Of a DNA stretch of 33,342 bases, positions 7,408 through 16,000 are shown piece after piece. The notes beneath the pieces are model-generated. The model did not search any database. It saw nothing but the letters and a program-made list of their open reading frames with translations, and was not told the DNA's origin. Each line of letters begins with the position of its first letter. Position 1 is the stretch's first letter. Location of the stretch: the NCBI GenBank assembly GCA_045602305.1, contig JAZSBJ010000062.1:1-33342 (forward strand), given 5' to 3'. The translations under genes were made by a program, and so were the position numbers. Source of the stretch: Eubacteriales bacterium (GTDB lineage Bacteria; Bacillota; Clostridia; Oscillospirales; CAG-272).

Positions 7408-8928
7408 ATGAAAAAGTATATTCTCGCTTTGGATGAGGGAACGACGAGTGCCCGCGCCATCCTCTTTGATAAGGATGCTCGCGTCGTGTCCGTCGCGCAA
7501 AATACTTTTCCCCAATATTATCCCGAGGCAGGGTGGGTAGAGCAAGACCCCCTAGAGCTTTACGCCGCCGAGTACGCCGCCCTCACCGAGTGCATTGCCA
7601 AAAGTGGCATCGACCCTCACGAGATCGCCGCCATCGGCATCACCAACCAAAGAGAAACGACGGTCGTTTGGGATAAAAAAACGGGCGAGCCCATCCATCC
7701 CGCCATCGTTTGGCAGTGCCGTCGTACGGCGGACATCTGCGAACGGCTCACGTCGCAAGGACACGGCGCGTACGTCAAGGAAAAAACGGGGCTTCGCATC
7801 GATCCTTATTTCAGTGCCACCAAGATCGCGTGGATCCTAGACCGCGTCAAGGGAGCGAGAGAACGCGCCGAGCGCGGCGAGCTTGCCTTCGGCACGGTGG
7901 ATACTTGGCTTCTTTACAAGCTGACGGGAGGCGCCGTTTTCGCCACGGACAGAACCAACGCCTCGCGCACGATGCTTTGCAACGTTCATACGGGAGATTG
8001 GGATGACGGGCTCCTTAAAATCTTTGGCGTTCCGCGCGCAATGCTCCCCGAGATCCGTTCCAGCAGTGAAATTTACGGCTACCTTGACTGTATGGGTGCG
8101 CGCATTCCCATCGCGGGCATCGCGGGTGACCAGCAGTCCGCCCTCTTCGGGCAAGGGTGCTTTTCCGCGGGAGATGCAAAAAACACCTACGGCACGGGAT
8201 GCTTCTTGCTTGCCCATACGGGCAACCGTCCCGTTACGAGTCGCGAGGGAATGCTCACCACCGTCGCCGCCACCGAAAAGGGAAGAGATATCGAGTACGC
8301 GCTTGAGGGAAGCGTGTTCGTTGGCGGTGCTGTCATCAGCTGGCTCAAAAACGAGCTTCACCTCATTCACGCCGCAGCCGACAGCGAGTATTTTGCATCG
8401 CGCGTCGCGGACACGGGCGGCGTTTATATCGTTCCCGCCTTTGCGGGGCTCGGCGCGCCCGTTTGGGATATGCACGCGCGCGGCACCGTGGTGGGGCTCA
8501 CCGCAGGCACGGGCAGAAATCACCTTATCCGCGCAGCCCTTGAATCCATCGCCTATCAAACGGACGACGTGCTATGTGCTATGAACCGCGATATGGCGGC
8601 GCTCGGAATGGCGGGCATCACCACCCTCAGGGTGGACGGCGGTGCCTCGCGCAACGACCTTCTTATGCAAATCCAAAGCGATATCTCCGCCGTTCCCGTT
8701 TTGCGTGCAGAGAATGCGGAAGCCACGGCGCTCGGCGCCGCGTTCCTGGCGGGGCTCGCAGTCGGCTTCTTTGAAAGCAGGGAAGCACTGCCTGTAAAAT
8801 GTAAAGAAAAGATTGCTTTTGAACCGAAAATTGACAACGATGAGCGACAAAAAAGAAAAGACGGATGGGCAAGAGCAGTACGTGCCTGTCGCGCCTTTTC
8901 GAGTGTTTATGAAAGCGAGGAAATTTAA
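7408..8928 (+). CDS. glpK: Glycerol kinase
   Basis: YILALDEGTTSAR, GITNQRETT, IVWQCRRT, DPYFSATK, TDRTNASRT, GDQQSALFG, KNTYGTGCF, YALEGS, LRVDGGA. Confidence 0.97.
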   Translation: MKKYILALDEGTTSARAILFDKDARVVSVAQNTFPQYYPEAGWVEQDPLELYAAEYAALTECIAKSGIDPHEIAAIGITNQRETTVVWDKKTGEPIHPAIVWQCRRTADICERLTSQGHGAYVKEKTGLRIDPYFSATKIAWILDRVKGARERAERGELAFGTVDTWLLYKLTGGAVFATDRTNASRTMLCNVHTGDWDDGLLKIFGVPRAMLPEIRSSSEIYGYLDCMGARIPIAGIAGDQQSALFGQGCFSAGDAKNTYGTGCFLLAHTGNRPVTSREGMLTTVAATEKGRDIEYALEGSVFVGGAVISWLKNELHLIHAAADSEYFASRVADTGGVYIVPAFAGLGAPVWDMHARGTVVGLTAGTGRNHLIRAALESIAYQTDDVLCAMNRDMAALGMAGITTLRVDGGASRNDLLMQIQSDISAVPVLRAENAEATALGAAFLAGLAVGFFESREALPVKCKEKIAFEPKIDNDERQKRKDGWARAVRACRAFSSVYESEEI

Positions 8929-9846
8929 ATGGGAGTCTTTATTACCTCTTTGCGCGTGCCGTCCTCCGACGGGATTCATACCCTTGCGGGAATTGCCGCC
9001 GTGCCTTCGGGCAAGCCCCGTGCGATCCTACATATCGTACACGGAATGACCGAGCATATCTCCCGTTATACACCCACGATGCGCGCCCTTGCCGAAAAGG
9101 GCATTCTGTGCGTCGGCTACGATAACCTCGGTCACGGCTATACCGCAGGAAAGGGAGAACACGGCTTCATCGCCGAAAAGGACGGCGACGAGCTTCTCAT
9201 CAAGGACGTTGCCCTCTTTGCCGCCGCCGTTAAGGCGCGCTACGGCAGCGACCTTCCCTATGTCTTGATGGGGCACAGTATGGGCTCCTTTATCGTTCGC
9301 CTTGCCGCCGCCAAGACCTTCCGCCCCGATAAGCTCATCATTATGGGCACGGGCGGCAAAAATCCCGTGGCAGGCGTCGCCCTTGGGCTGATCGCCCTCA
9401 ATCGCAAATGCTACGGGGCAAAGCACGTATCCCCCTTTATCGACAAGCTCGCCTTCGGAAGCTACAACGACCGCTTTAAAAGCGAGGGGAACGAGCGCAA
9501 TCTTTGGCTCACCACCCGCGCCGACATTCGCAAAAAATATGCCGCCGATCCTCTTTGCACCTTCCGCTTTTCCATTGCCGCAATGGGCGACTTGATCCGC
9601 CTTTTAAAGAAAAGCAACGATGCCGCTTGGTACGCCGCGCTGGATAAAGATCTCCCCGTTCTTCTCGTATCGGGAACGGACGATCCCGTCGGCGCCTTCG
9701 GTAAGGGCGTCAAGGAAGTCTACGACAAGCTCATCGCTACCGACCACAACGCCAAGATCAAGCTCTACGAGGGCGCCCGTCACGAGATCCTAAACGATCA
9801 CTCGCGCGACGAGGTCGTCGCCGACCTGCTTGCATTTATCGAGTAA
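8929..9846 (+). CDS. Alpha/beta hydrolase, lysophospholipase/monoacylglycerol lipase-like
   Basis: IVHGMTEH..RY, YDNLGHG, nucleophile GHSMG, GTDDPVG, ARHEILN. Confidence 0.9.
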   Translation: MGVFITSLRVPSSDGIHTLAGIAAVPSGKPRAILHIVHGMTEHISRYTPTMRALAEKGILCVGYDNLGHGYTAGKGEHGFIAEKDGDELLIKDVALFAAAVKARYGSDLPYVLMGHSMGSFIVRLAAAKTFRPDKLIIMGTGGKNPVAGVALGLIALNRKCYGAKHVSPFIDKLAFGSYNDRFKSEGNERNLWLTTRADIRKKYAADPLCTFRFSIAAMGDLIRLLKKSNDAAWYAALDKDLPVLLVSGTDDPVGAFGKGVKEVYDKLIATDHNAKIKLYEGARHEILNDHSRDEVVADLLAFIE

Positions 9847-9866
9847 AAGTAAACAAATCCATACAA

Positions 9867-9898
9867 AAAGAGCCGTTTTCTTGCGAAAACGGCTCTTT
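9867..9898. terminator. Bidirectional terminator between convergent lipase and cotJC genes
   Basis: Perfect 14-bp stem AAAGAGCCGTTTTC/GAAAACGGCTCTTT with a 4-nt loop. Confidence 0.8.
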
Positions 9899-9901
9899 CC
9901 T

Positions 9902-10501
9902 TTACTTCCTGTCGTATGCAGGATTAAAGGCGTAAAAGTTTTTCGAGTCCATTCTGTCCTGTGCGATGCGAAGCGCGTCGCCAAAGCGCTGATAATGCAC
10001 AAGCTCACGCTGGCGCAGGTACTTAATGGGATCGCGCACGTCGGGATCGTCCACAAGACGCAAAATGTTGTCGTAGGTCACGCGCGCCTTTTGCTCTGCC
10101 GCTAAGTCCTCGTTCAGGTCAGCGATCACGTCCCCCTTGATGCCCACGTACTTCATATCAAAGGGCACGCCTGCGGCACTCTGCGGATACAGCCCCGCCG
10201 TATGGTCCACAAAATAGATGTCCATACCTGCGCGCTTCATCTCCTCGGGGGATACCCCCTTCGTCAGCTGATGCAGGATGGCGGCGATCATCTCAAGGTG
10301 TGCAAGCTCCTCTGTGCCCACGTCCGTTAAAATTCCAACCACCTCGCCGTAAGGCATCGAATATCTTTGATGCAAATACCGCATCGAAGCGGCAAGCTCT
10401 CCGTCAGGTCCGCCAAGCTGGCTGATGATCACCTTCGCGATCGCGGGGTTCGGGTTTTTGATCTTAACGGGGTATTGCAGCTTTTTGTCATAGCTCCACA
10501 T
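9902..10501 (-). CDS. cotJC: Spore coat protein CotJC (manganese catalase family)
   Basis: MWSYDKKLQYPV, QLGGPDGELAASMRYL, TDVGTEELAHLEM, EDLAAEQKAR, REL.H.QRFG. Confidence 0.95.
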   Translation of the reverse strand: MWSYDKKLQYPVKIKNPNPAIAKVIISQLGGPDGELAASMRYLHQRYSMPYGEVVGILTDVGTEELAHLEMIAAILHQLTKGVSPEEMKRAGMDIYFVDHTAGLYPQSAAGVPFDMKYVGIKGDVIADLNEDLAAEQKARVTYDNILRLVDDPDVRDPIKYLRQRELVHYQRFGDALRIAQDRMDSKNFYAFNPAYDRK

Positions 10502-10504
10502 AAG

Positions 10505-10765
10505 TTAATTCGCCTCCTTTTCCCAAGGCCAAGGCCCGTCGATCCATTTCCAATGCGCGCCGTCGCAAGCCTCGTTATTCGTCAGCGGTCCGTACTTTTT
10601 CTCGTACTCCGCACGCAAACGCGCGGCGATCTCGCGGTGTCGGCAATAGTACGCGAGGGCGTGGCGGCAATCGGGATGCCCGTCAAGATAAAGCACCGCC
10701 TCGTAGACGGCAAAGTCCTCTGCTTGAAGCCTGCGAAGCAGGCGTGTACGCTCGTCACACATCAC
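10505..10765 (-). CDS. cotJB: Spore coat protein CotJB
   Basis: FAVYEAVLYLDGHP, YEKKYGPL, WKWIDGPWPWE. Confidence 0.93.
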   Translation of the reverse strand: MMCDERTRLLRRLQAEDFAVYEAVLYLDGHPDCRHALAYYCRHREIAARLRAEYEKKYGPLTNNEACDGAHWKWIDGPWPWEKEAN

Positions 10766-11049
10766 GCTTTCCTCCCATCGCCGAAAAAGGGCTTGTCAAG
10801 CGCCGTAAAGATGGTGCCGCGCCCAAGCCCTTCGTCGGGCTCGTATAGCTTTTCAAAGGCTTGCTCGGGTGAGTACACCATCGCAAGCGACGCCCCCGCC
10901 AAGGGGTCGTTTCCCGTTGTGCAGGGGGAAGGGGTATGGCAGTTGCCGATTGCGTCCCCCTCGCCTCTTTCGCCGTTTGTGACGCGGCGACAGCGGCAGC
11001 CGCAGCCGTTTTCCCCAAACAGCGGATAAAAAATGTCTTTCGATTCCAC
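10762..11049 (-). CDS. cotJA: Spore coat associated protein CotJA
   Basis: LAMVYSPEQAFEKLYEPDEGLGRGTIFTALDKPF. GTG start at 11049, 8 nt after AAGGAG. Confidence 0.88.
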   Translation of the reverse strand: MESKDIFYPLFGENGCGCRCRRVTNGERGEGDAIGNCHTPSPCTTGNDPLAGASLAMVYSPEQAFEKLYEPDEGLGRGTIFTALDKPFFGDGRKA

Positions 11050-11140
11050 GGAAGTCACTCCTTTGTAGTTATGGGCTCTCGCCCATATACATCATATGAC
11101 GCAAAAGAAAACCCGTTCCCGCAGAGGACGCGCCTGCGTC

Positions 11141-11169
11141 TTGACAATTTTCAAGGCGCGTGATATAAT
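11141..11169 (+). promoter_or_regulatory. Consensus sigma-A promoter
   Basis: TTGACA (11141-11146), 17 bp spacer, TGaTATAAT (hexamer 11164-11169). Confidence 0.85.
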
Positions 11170-11204
11170 TTATCTTGTAAAAACCTTATATTTTGGGAGG
11201 CAAT

Positions 11205-11447
11205 ATGAAAAAAATACGCACGTTTGCCCTGACAGTTTTACTTTTGCTTTGCTTTACTTTGCTTTTTGCTTGCAACGATGCCCCCGATCTCGACGGCGAC
11301 GGTGGCAAAGACCCGACACCCGATGGAGAAAATAGCGGCGAAAACGGCGGCAATTCGAACGAAAACGGCGGCGAAAGCGCGCTTTCCGAATACGGAGATA
11401 ACGTCGTCGATTACGATGCGCTTTTCGGGGGGAATGACAATGACTAA
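11205..11447 (+). CDS. Small acidic low-complexity lipoprotein (80 aa)
   Basis: GGAGG RBS; MKK, hydrophobic core and LFAC lipobox; D/G/E/N-rich body. Confidence 0.75.
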   Translation: MKKIRTFALTVLLLLCFTLLFACNDAPDLDGDGGKDPTPDGENSGENGGNSNENGGESALSEYGDNVVDYDALFGGNDND

Positions 11448-13446
11448 AACGATTAGATTCTTCCTTGCCGCACTTTTCCTTGTCCTCTTTTCCTTGGCGC
11501 TCGCCCTTACCGCAAGCGCACAGGGGTATCACAACGTATATCCTGCACCCGCAAGCGACGCGGAAGAAACCCTGATCACCGCCGAGCCGCTTTCCGTGCG
11601 CGACGGGGATGGCATCGTCGGCATTACGGCACGCTATTCTGTCAACCGTGAAGCCCTCGCGACGCTTGAAGCGGACTATAAGGTCACCTTCGGCGTTCTC
11701 GTTGCACGCGCCAAGGACGGCTACACTCAAACCAACCTTACCCTCACCTACGACAAGGCAAGCGGAAGCCTTCAAGCTCCTCTACACGCCGCGGTGCGTA
11801 CCGTATACAGCACGGGCGGCGCGCACACCGTCGACGGAACCTTTCTCACCGCAGAGAAGACCGCCTTTTCCGCCACCCTCAATATTGGCACGAAAACGGT
11901 GGATCGCTCCCGTGACGGTGCCGTGCATCTCGCCTTCCTTCTTCTTGAGGATCCGGACGGCATAAAAGAGCCCCGCTTCCTTTATATCGGGCGCAAGGGA
12001 ACCTCGTTTGGCGCCACTCCCTCGCTAGAGGGCGCCGCACAGTACGAATATAACAAAAACAAGGATGATGCTACCGTGCAAGAAGCCTACCTTTCTTTTC
12101 TTAAGGAACAAATGAAAAGCACCGTTGACGACGTTGCCTCGTTGCGCGTCTTGACCGCCGGCGACAGAAGCGCCGCGGCAACCTTAGAGGACGGCGAGCG
12201 CGCCATTTGGGTGCAATATTTGCCGAACAAAGATCCTTACCCCAACGCCACCGACGCACTAAAAGAGAACATTCGCGCCGCATACATCTATTATCCGCTT
12301 GATTTTGACCCCACCACCAAGGGGGCAAGCGAGCTTGTGGAGATGGGTGTCAAGCGTGTTTTTGCCTATATCGGAACCGTCCTTGAAGCAAATTCCCCCG
12401 CCCTCGTCTGCGTTCACGGCGGCGGCGGTCACGCATACGCCCGCTACGTCCACGAGGCGATGAAGAACGGCTATAGCGCCATCGCCATCGATACCGAGGG
12501 ACATCACAATACCACGGGCGGCACGATGGGAGAATACAGTGAGGACGAGAAGAGCTACATTCCCGATACGCTCGGTCACATCGGCAAGGACGGCTTTGCA
12601 AACGCCGAAAAGTCGCTGTCCGAGCAATGGCTTTACTACGCCGTGACGGATACCGCACTTGCCAACAGCGTGCTTCGCTCGCTTCCCACGGTCGACGCGG
12701 AAAAGGTAGGCATCACGGGCATCTCTTGGGGCGGTCTTGTCACGACGACAGCCCTCTGCTATGACCACAGATACGCCTTTGCCGCCCCCGTTTACATCAG
12801 CTTCCATATGACGGAAAGCTACGGCACGTCGCTTGGCGGCATTGTGGAAGAGGGCTTTGCCTCTCGTCTTTGGCAGGACGCTTCGCTCCTTTCAAAGTGC
12901 CCCGTTCCCACGATGATCATTTCCTCGGAATCGGATATGTTCGCCTCGGTCGACACCATTTCCAAAACGGCAAAGGATCTTCCAAACGCCTTCATCACCG
13001 TCAAGCCCGATCTTAACCACGGTCAGCAATACGGCGCATCCCTTGCCGAAATCTATCATTTCGGTCATACCGTGCTTGGCACGGCGGACGGCTTCGTAAC
13101 CCCCGAAAATGCCCCCACCAAGGAGATGGGCAGAGAATATACGCTCTCGCTTCGCGTTCCCGAGGGGGGCACCGACGTCTACGCCACGCTCTACTACCGC
13201 ACATCTCCCCTCGCGCCCTACAAAGCACATAAGGCGCTCGAGTTTTACGCCGAGGATCTCCTCGTCAATGAGGATGGCACGGTAGAGGTCACCGTTCCCG
13301 AGGACGCGTGCCTGTATTTCCTTTCCTTCTCGTATTTCAATGAGGAAGTGTACAACCGCAAGGCAGGCACTCCTTATATCGATTCCGACCACTATGCGCG
13401 AGGATATCTCTACTCCTCGACCGATCTCGTTTTTTTGAATGAATGA
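11440..13446 (+). CDS. Secreted multidomain alpha/beta hydrolase (esterase-like)
   Basis: Signal peptide ending ASA; VCVHGGGG oxyanion motif; GITGISWGG nucleophile elbow; later Asp and HG. Start at 11440 (alternative 11434). Confidence 0.82.
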   Translation: MTKTIRFFLAALFLVLFSLALALTASAQGYHNVYPAPASDAEETLITAEPLSVRDGDGIVGITARYSVNREALATLEADYKVTFGVLVARAKDGYTQTNLTLTYDKASGSLQAPLHAAVRTVYSTGGAHTVDGTFLTAEKTAFSATLNIGTKTVDRSRDGAVHLAFLLLEDPDGIKEPRFLYIGRKGTSFGATPSLEGAAQYEYNKNKDDATVQEAYLSFLKEQMKSTVDDVASLRVLTAGDRSAAATLEDGERAIWVQYLPNKDPYPNATDALKENIRAAYIYYPLDFDPTTKGASELVEMGVKRVFAYIGTVLEANSPALVCVHGGGGHAYARYVHEAMKNGYSAIAIDTEGHHNTTGGTMGEYSEDEKSYIPDTLGHIGKDGFANAEKSLSEQWLYYAVTDTALANSVLRSLPTVDAEKVGITGISWGGLVTTTALCYDHRYAFAAPVYISFHMTESYGTSLGGIVEEGFASRLWQDASLLSKCPVPTMIISSESDMFASVDTISKTAKDLPNAFITVKPDLNHGQQYGASLAEIYHFGHTVLGTADGFVTPENAPTKEMGREYTLSLRVPEGGTDVYATLYYRTSPLAPYKAHKALEFYAEDLLVNEDGTVEVTVPEDACLYFLSFSYFNEEVYNRKAGTPYIDSDHYARGYLYSSTDLVFLNE

Positions 13447-14680
13447 TATGACGATAGAAGCACTAATGAAAAGGGTAGGGTGCGAGGGATATCCCGCCCG
13501 TTGGGAAACGCTTTACGAAAGCGTGAAAGCCGATTTTAAAGAAAACGGCTGTCCCTACCTCGCCCCCGCCTATTACGACGATCTCGCGGCACGCTACGGC
13601 ATATTCCGCGAAAACCTCGCCCTATACAAGGAAGCCGCCGCCCTCGTGCGCGCGGATGGCGACCTTGCTCTTCTTTTCCATCTCCTTTGCCGCGCGCTTG
13701 AAAACCGCGCCACCGCCTACGAGGAAACGCTCGCCCTCAAGCTCCCCAAAAGCCTCAAGGGAGAGCATCGCCTCGCCCTCGATATGCTCGAGGCGCTTGC
13801 CATCTTCTCCGAGATCCCCGATTGCTACGCCACGCTAAAGAGGATAGGGCTTCCCGAGGACTATATCCGCGAAACGCTCTCGCGCCTCGAATACGGCGTC
13901 ACCGAGTATCGCGAGCGAAACGGCGGCGCTCCTGGCTATGGGCTTTTGTATTGGAATCAGCGTATCATTGACGGAAAGCTCTTTCGCGTCGGTCGCCTTG
14001 AGCTTGAGCTGCACGAGGGATGTCCCGCAGGTGCCGCCGTCTTTGAAAACGCAAAGGGCGAGAGATTTGCCCTCGCTGACGGCGTAAAGCTCCACAAAAG
14101 CGGCTATGCCCACGGCGGCATCTTCCACGAGGACGAAACGGACGCTTGGGTAGCACCCATCACCGAAACCGACACCGCCTACGAGGGCTATCCCTTTGAC
14201 GGCAAGGGCTTTGTGCTTCGCGAAAAATGCACCTTAAAGAAGTGCGAATGGCGCCCCATTCTCACCAAAAAGGATAACGTCATCAGCATTCATATTCCCG
14301 CAGACGGCAAGCTCGACGCCACCGCCGTCACATCCACCTACGCCGAGATGAAGCACTTTCTGAAGACCTATTTCCCCCACTTCGATTACAAGGCGTTTTA
14401 CTGTGCCTCGTGGCTTCTTGACCCCACGCTCGAAGCACTCCTTGGCGAGGGCTCCAACATCGTCAAGTTCGGCAAGGGCTATCGCCGCTTTATCGCCCTC
14501 GACGGCGGCTACGGCGTCTTCTATTTTGCCTTCAAGGTCACGGGCAAGCCCGGCACCGATTACCCCTTTGACGACCTGCCCGAGCACACCCGCCTCTTGC
14601 AGGCGATCAAAAACCACTACAAAAGCGGCAAGGGCATCTACGCCGTATCGGGCGTCTTTTTTCCTGATGAAGTGGAGTAA
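13439..14680 (+). CDS. Acyltransferase-domain protein (helical N-terminal domain plus GNAT-like C-terminal domain)
   Basis: LFRVGRLELE, ISIHIPADGKL, FYCASWLLDPTL, SNIVKF and P..TRL match the family related to glycopeptide N-acyltransferases. Confidence 0.75.
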   Translation: MNDMTIEALMKRVGCEGYPARWETLYESVKADFKENGCPYLAPAYYDDLAARYGIFRENLALYKEAAALVRADGDLALLFHLLCRALENRATAYEETLALKLPKSLKGEHRLALDMLEALAIFSEIPDCYATLKRIGLPEDYIRETLSRLEYGVTEYRERNGGAPGYGLLYWNQRIIDGKLFRVGRLELELHEGCPAGAAVFENAKGERFALADGVKLHKSGYAHGGIFHEDETDAWVAPITETDTAYEGYPFDGKGFVLREKCTLKKCEWRPILTKKDNVISIHIPADGKLDATAVTSTYAEMKHFLKTYFPHFDYKAFYCASWLLDPTLEALLGEGSNIVKFGKGYRRFIALDGGYGVFYFAFKVTGKPGTDYPFDDLPEHTRLLQAIKNHYKSGKGIYAVSGVFFPDEVE

Positions 14681-14690
14681 CAGAAAAAAG

Positions 14691-14720
14691 AAAAAGCAGG
14701 GCAAAACGCCCTGCTTTTTT
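14691..14720 (+). terminator. Intrinsic terminator (probably bidirectional)
   Basis: AAAAAGCAGGGC/GCCCTGCTTTTT stem directly after the stop codon. Confidence 0.8.
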
Positions 14721-14724
14721 GCGC

Positions 14725-14903
14725 GGTGGCGGAGAAGGAGAGATTTGCCCTTCCTGAAATATAGTCGCCCGCGCCCCTCGGCATAGCCTCACGGCTTGAG
14801 CTCCTTATTTCAGTTACGGCTCGCAAAAAACGGTTATTAACCGTTTTTTGCTTCGCCGACCCGCGCCGTGACCGGCGCTCGCAAATCTCTCCTTCCCGCC
14901 ACC
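14725..14903. repeat. Palindromic structured element bounded by a direct and an inverted copy of the tRNA-Ser 3' end
   Basis: 14727-14747 is identical to 14943-14963 (21 bp); 14882-14901 is its reverse complement with one deletion. Internal hairpins at about 14754-14813, 14817-14858 and 14863-14878. Confidence 0.8.
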
Positions 14904-14905
14904 AA

Positions 14906-14943
14906 AAATAAAAGCAACCACCGAATGGTGGTTGCTTTTATTT
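14906..14943 (-). terminator. Terminator hairpin after tRNA-Ser
   Basis: Perfect 17-bp stem AAATAAAAGCAACCACC/GGTGGTTGCTTTTATTT with a 4-nt loop. Confidence 0.75.
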
Positions 14944-15035
14944 GGCGGAGAAGGAGAGATTTGAACTCTCGCGCCGGATAAGCCCGGCCTACATCCTTAG
15001 CAGGGACGCCTCTTCGGCCACTTGAGTACTTCTCC
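14943..15035 (-). tRNA. tRNA-Ser (anticodon GCU)
   Basis: Acceptor stem GGAGAAG/CTTCTCC plus GCCA; anticodon stem CGTCC/GGATG with loop CTGCTAA; long variable arm; GTTCAAATC T-loop. Confidence 0.97.
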
Positions 15036-15069
15036 ATAGACAGACTCCCGATTTCAAGTCTGCCATACC

Positions 15070-15098
15070 ATTATACACAAGAAAAGCACAAAAGTCAA
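15070..15098 (-). promoter_or_regulatory. sigma-A promoter of tRNA-Ser
   Basis: TTGACT (15098-15093), 17 bp spacer, TATAAT (15075-15070). Confidence 0.75.
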
Positions 15099-15155
15099 GC
15101 CCTTTTGAGAAAAAAGAAAATAAAATTCCGCCTTGTTTCAAAGGGGAAAACAGCG

Positions 15156-15998
15156 TTATTCAAAACGCGTGCCCAGCACATCTCCCATACGCACCTCAAC
15201 CTCTTTCCCCTCTTCGGTTTGCAAGAAGAGATGCTCGTTTAACCGTACGGTGTCTTTTTGGAGAAGCAGGACGATGGTAGAGCCCCCGTAAAGGAAGGTC
15301 CCTTTTTCTTCACCGCGCGCAAAGGTGTGCGCGCCGTGCAGGTTTGCGATCTTGCCGACGAGAAGCGCGCCGACCTCGATCTGCGTGACGGTGCCAAAGT
15401 TTTCGGTTTCCATCACGGTGTATTCGCGGGCGTTTTGGAGAAAGACGGGAAAGCTCTCAAGCGCAATGGGGCGCACGGTGTGCAATTTGCCCTTGAGAAA
15501 GACGTTCTCGCCCTTCGTTCCGTTATCAAGATAAATATAGCGGTGGTAATGATGTACGCAAAGACGGAAAACGAGCGCCGTGCCGCCCTTGTATGCGTCT
15601 TTAAGCGCCTCGTTGCCGCCGAGGAGTCCCGACACGCTGTAATCGCTCCCCTTGATGTGAAACACGCTATCGTCCTTGATGGGGTATGCCGAGAGGTACG
15701 CGTCGCAAGGGGCAATGAAAAGCGTGCCATCCTTTGGAATGGGGCGCTTCTCGGGACGGATCCTTCTTGTAAAGCAATCGTTAAAGGAGCGATAACGCGC
15801 GTCCTCGTAATCCGAAAGCAGAATGCCGTTCTTCTTCACAAAGCGACCGATGAGGGGACGCGAAAGGGAAGAGGACATAAATGCGCCCACACATTTTGAG
15901 ATGGCAGGCGATACGAGTGGTCTTAAAAAAAGTCTGCCGAGGGCGGTGTGATACAGAAAGCGAAGCGACGCGCTTTCCTTTGCCTTCTTTTCCTTCAT
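15156..15998 (-). CDS. psd: Phosphatidylserine decarboxylase
   Basis: SFNDCFTR, APCD, IKG..YS, FRL...HYHRY, LHTVRP, EVGALLVGKI, GEEKGTFLYGGSTIV (autocleavage GST). Confidence 0.93.
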   Translation of the reverse strand: MKEKKAKESASLRFLYHTALGRLFLRPLVSPAISKCVGAFMSSSLSRPLIGRFVKKNGILLSDYEDARYRSFNDCFTRRIRPEKRPIPKDGTLFIAPCDAYLSAYPIKDDSVFHIKGSDYSVSGLLGGNEALKDAYKGGTALVFRLCVHHYHRYIYLDNGTKGENVFLKGKLHTVRPIALESFPVFLQNAREYTVMETENFGTVTQIEVGALLVGKIANLHGAHTFARGEEKGTFLYGGSTIVLLLQKDTVRLNEHLFLQTEEGKEVEVRMGDVLGTRFE

Positions 15999-16000
15999 AG

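Noticed and set aside
11091-11098. sigma-E/sigma-K promoter for cotJ (CATATGAT; a similar CATATGCT lies at 28202-28209)
   Set aside because: The -10-like element is plausible, but I could not identify a convincing -35 element, so it is not listed as a feature.
11266-11439. N-terminal extension of the 726-aa ORF
   Set aside because: It overlaps the lipoprotein gene; the signal peptide and RBS indicate a start at 11434 or 11440.
14727-14963. attL/attR of a prophage or ICE at tRNA-Ser
   Set aside because: The direct repeats are only 216 bp apart, with no integrase or cargo; reported instead as a small structured element.
14727-14963. CRISPR array
   Set aside because: Only two direct copies plus one inverted copy, all tRNA-derived; no regular spacers and no cas genes.
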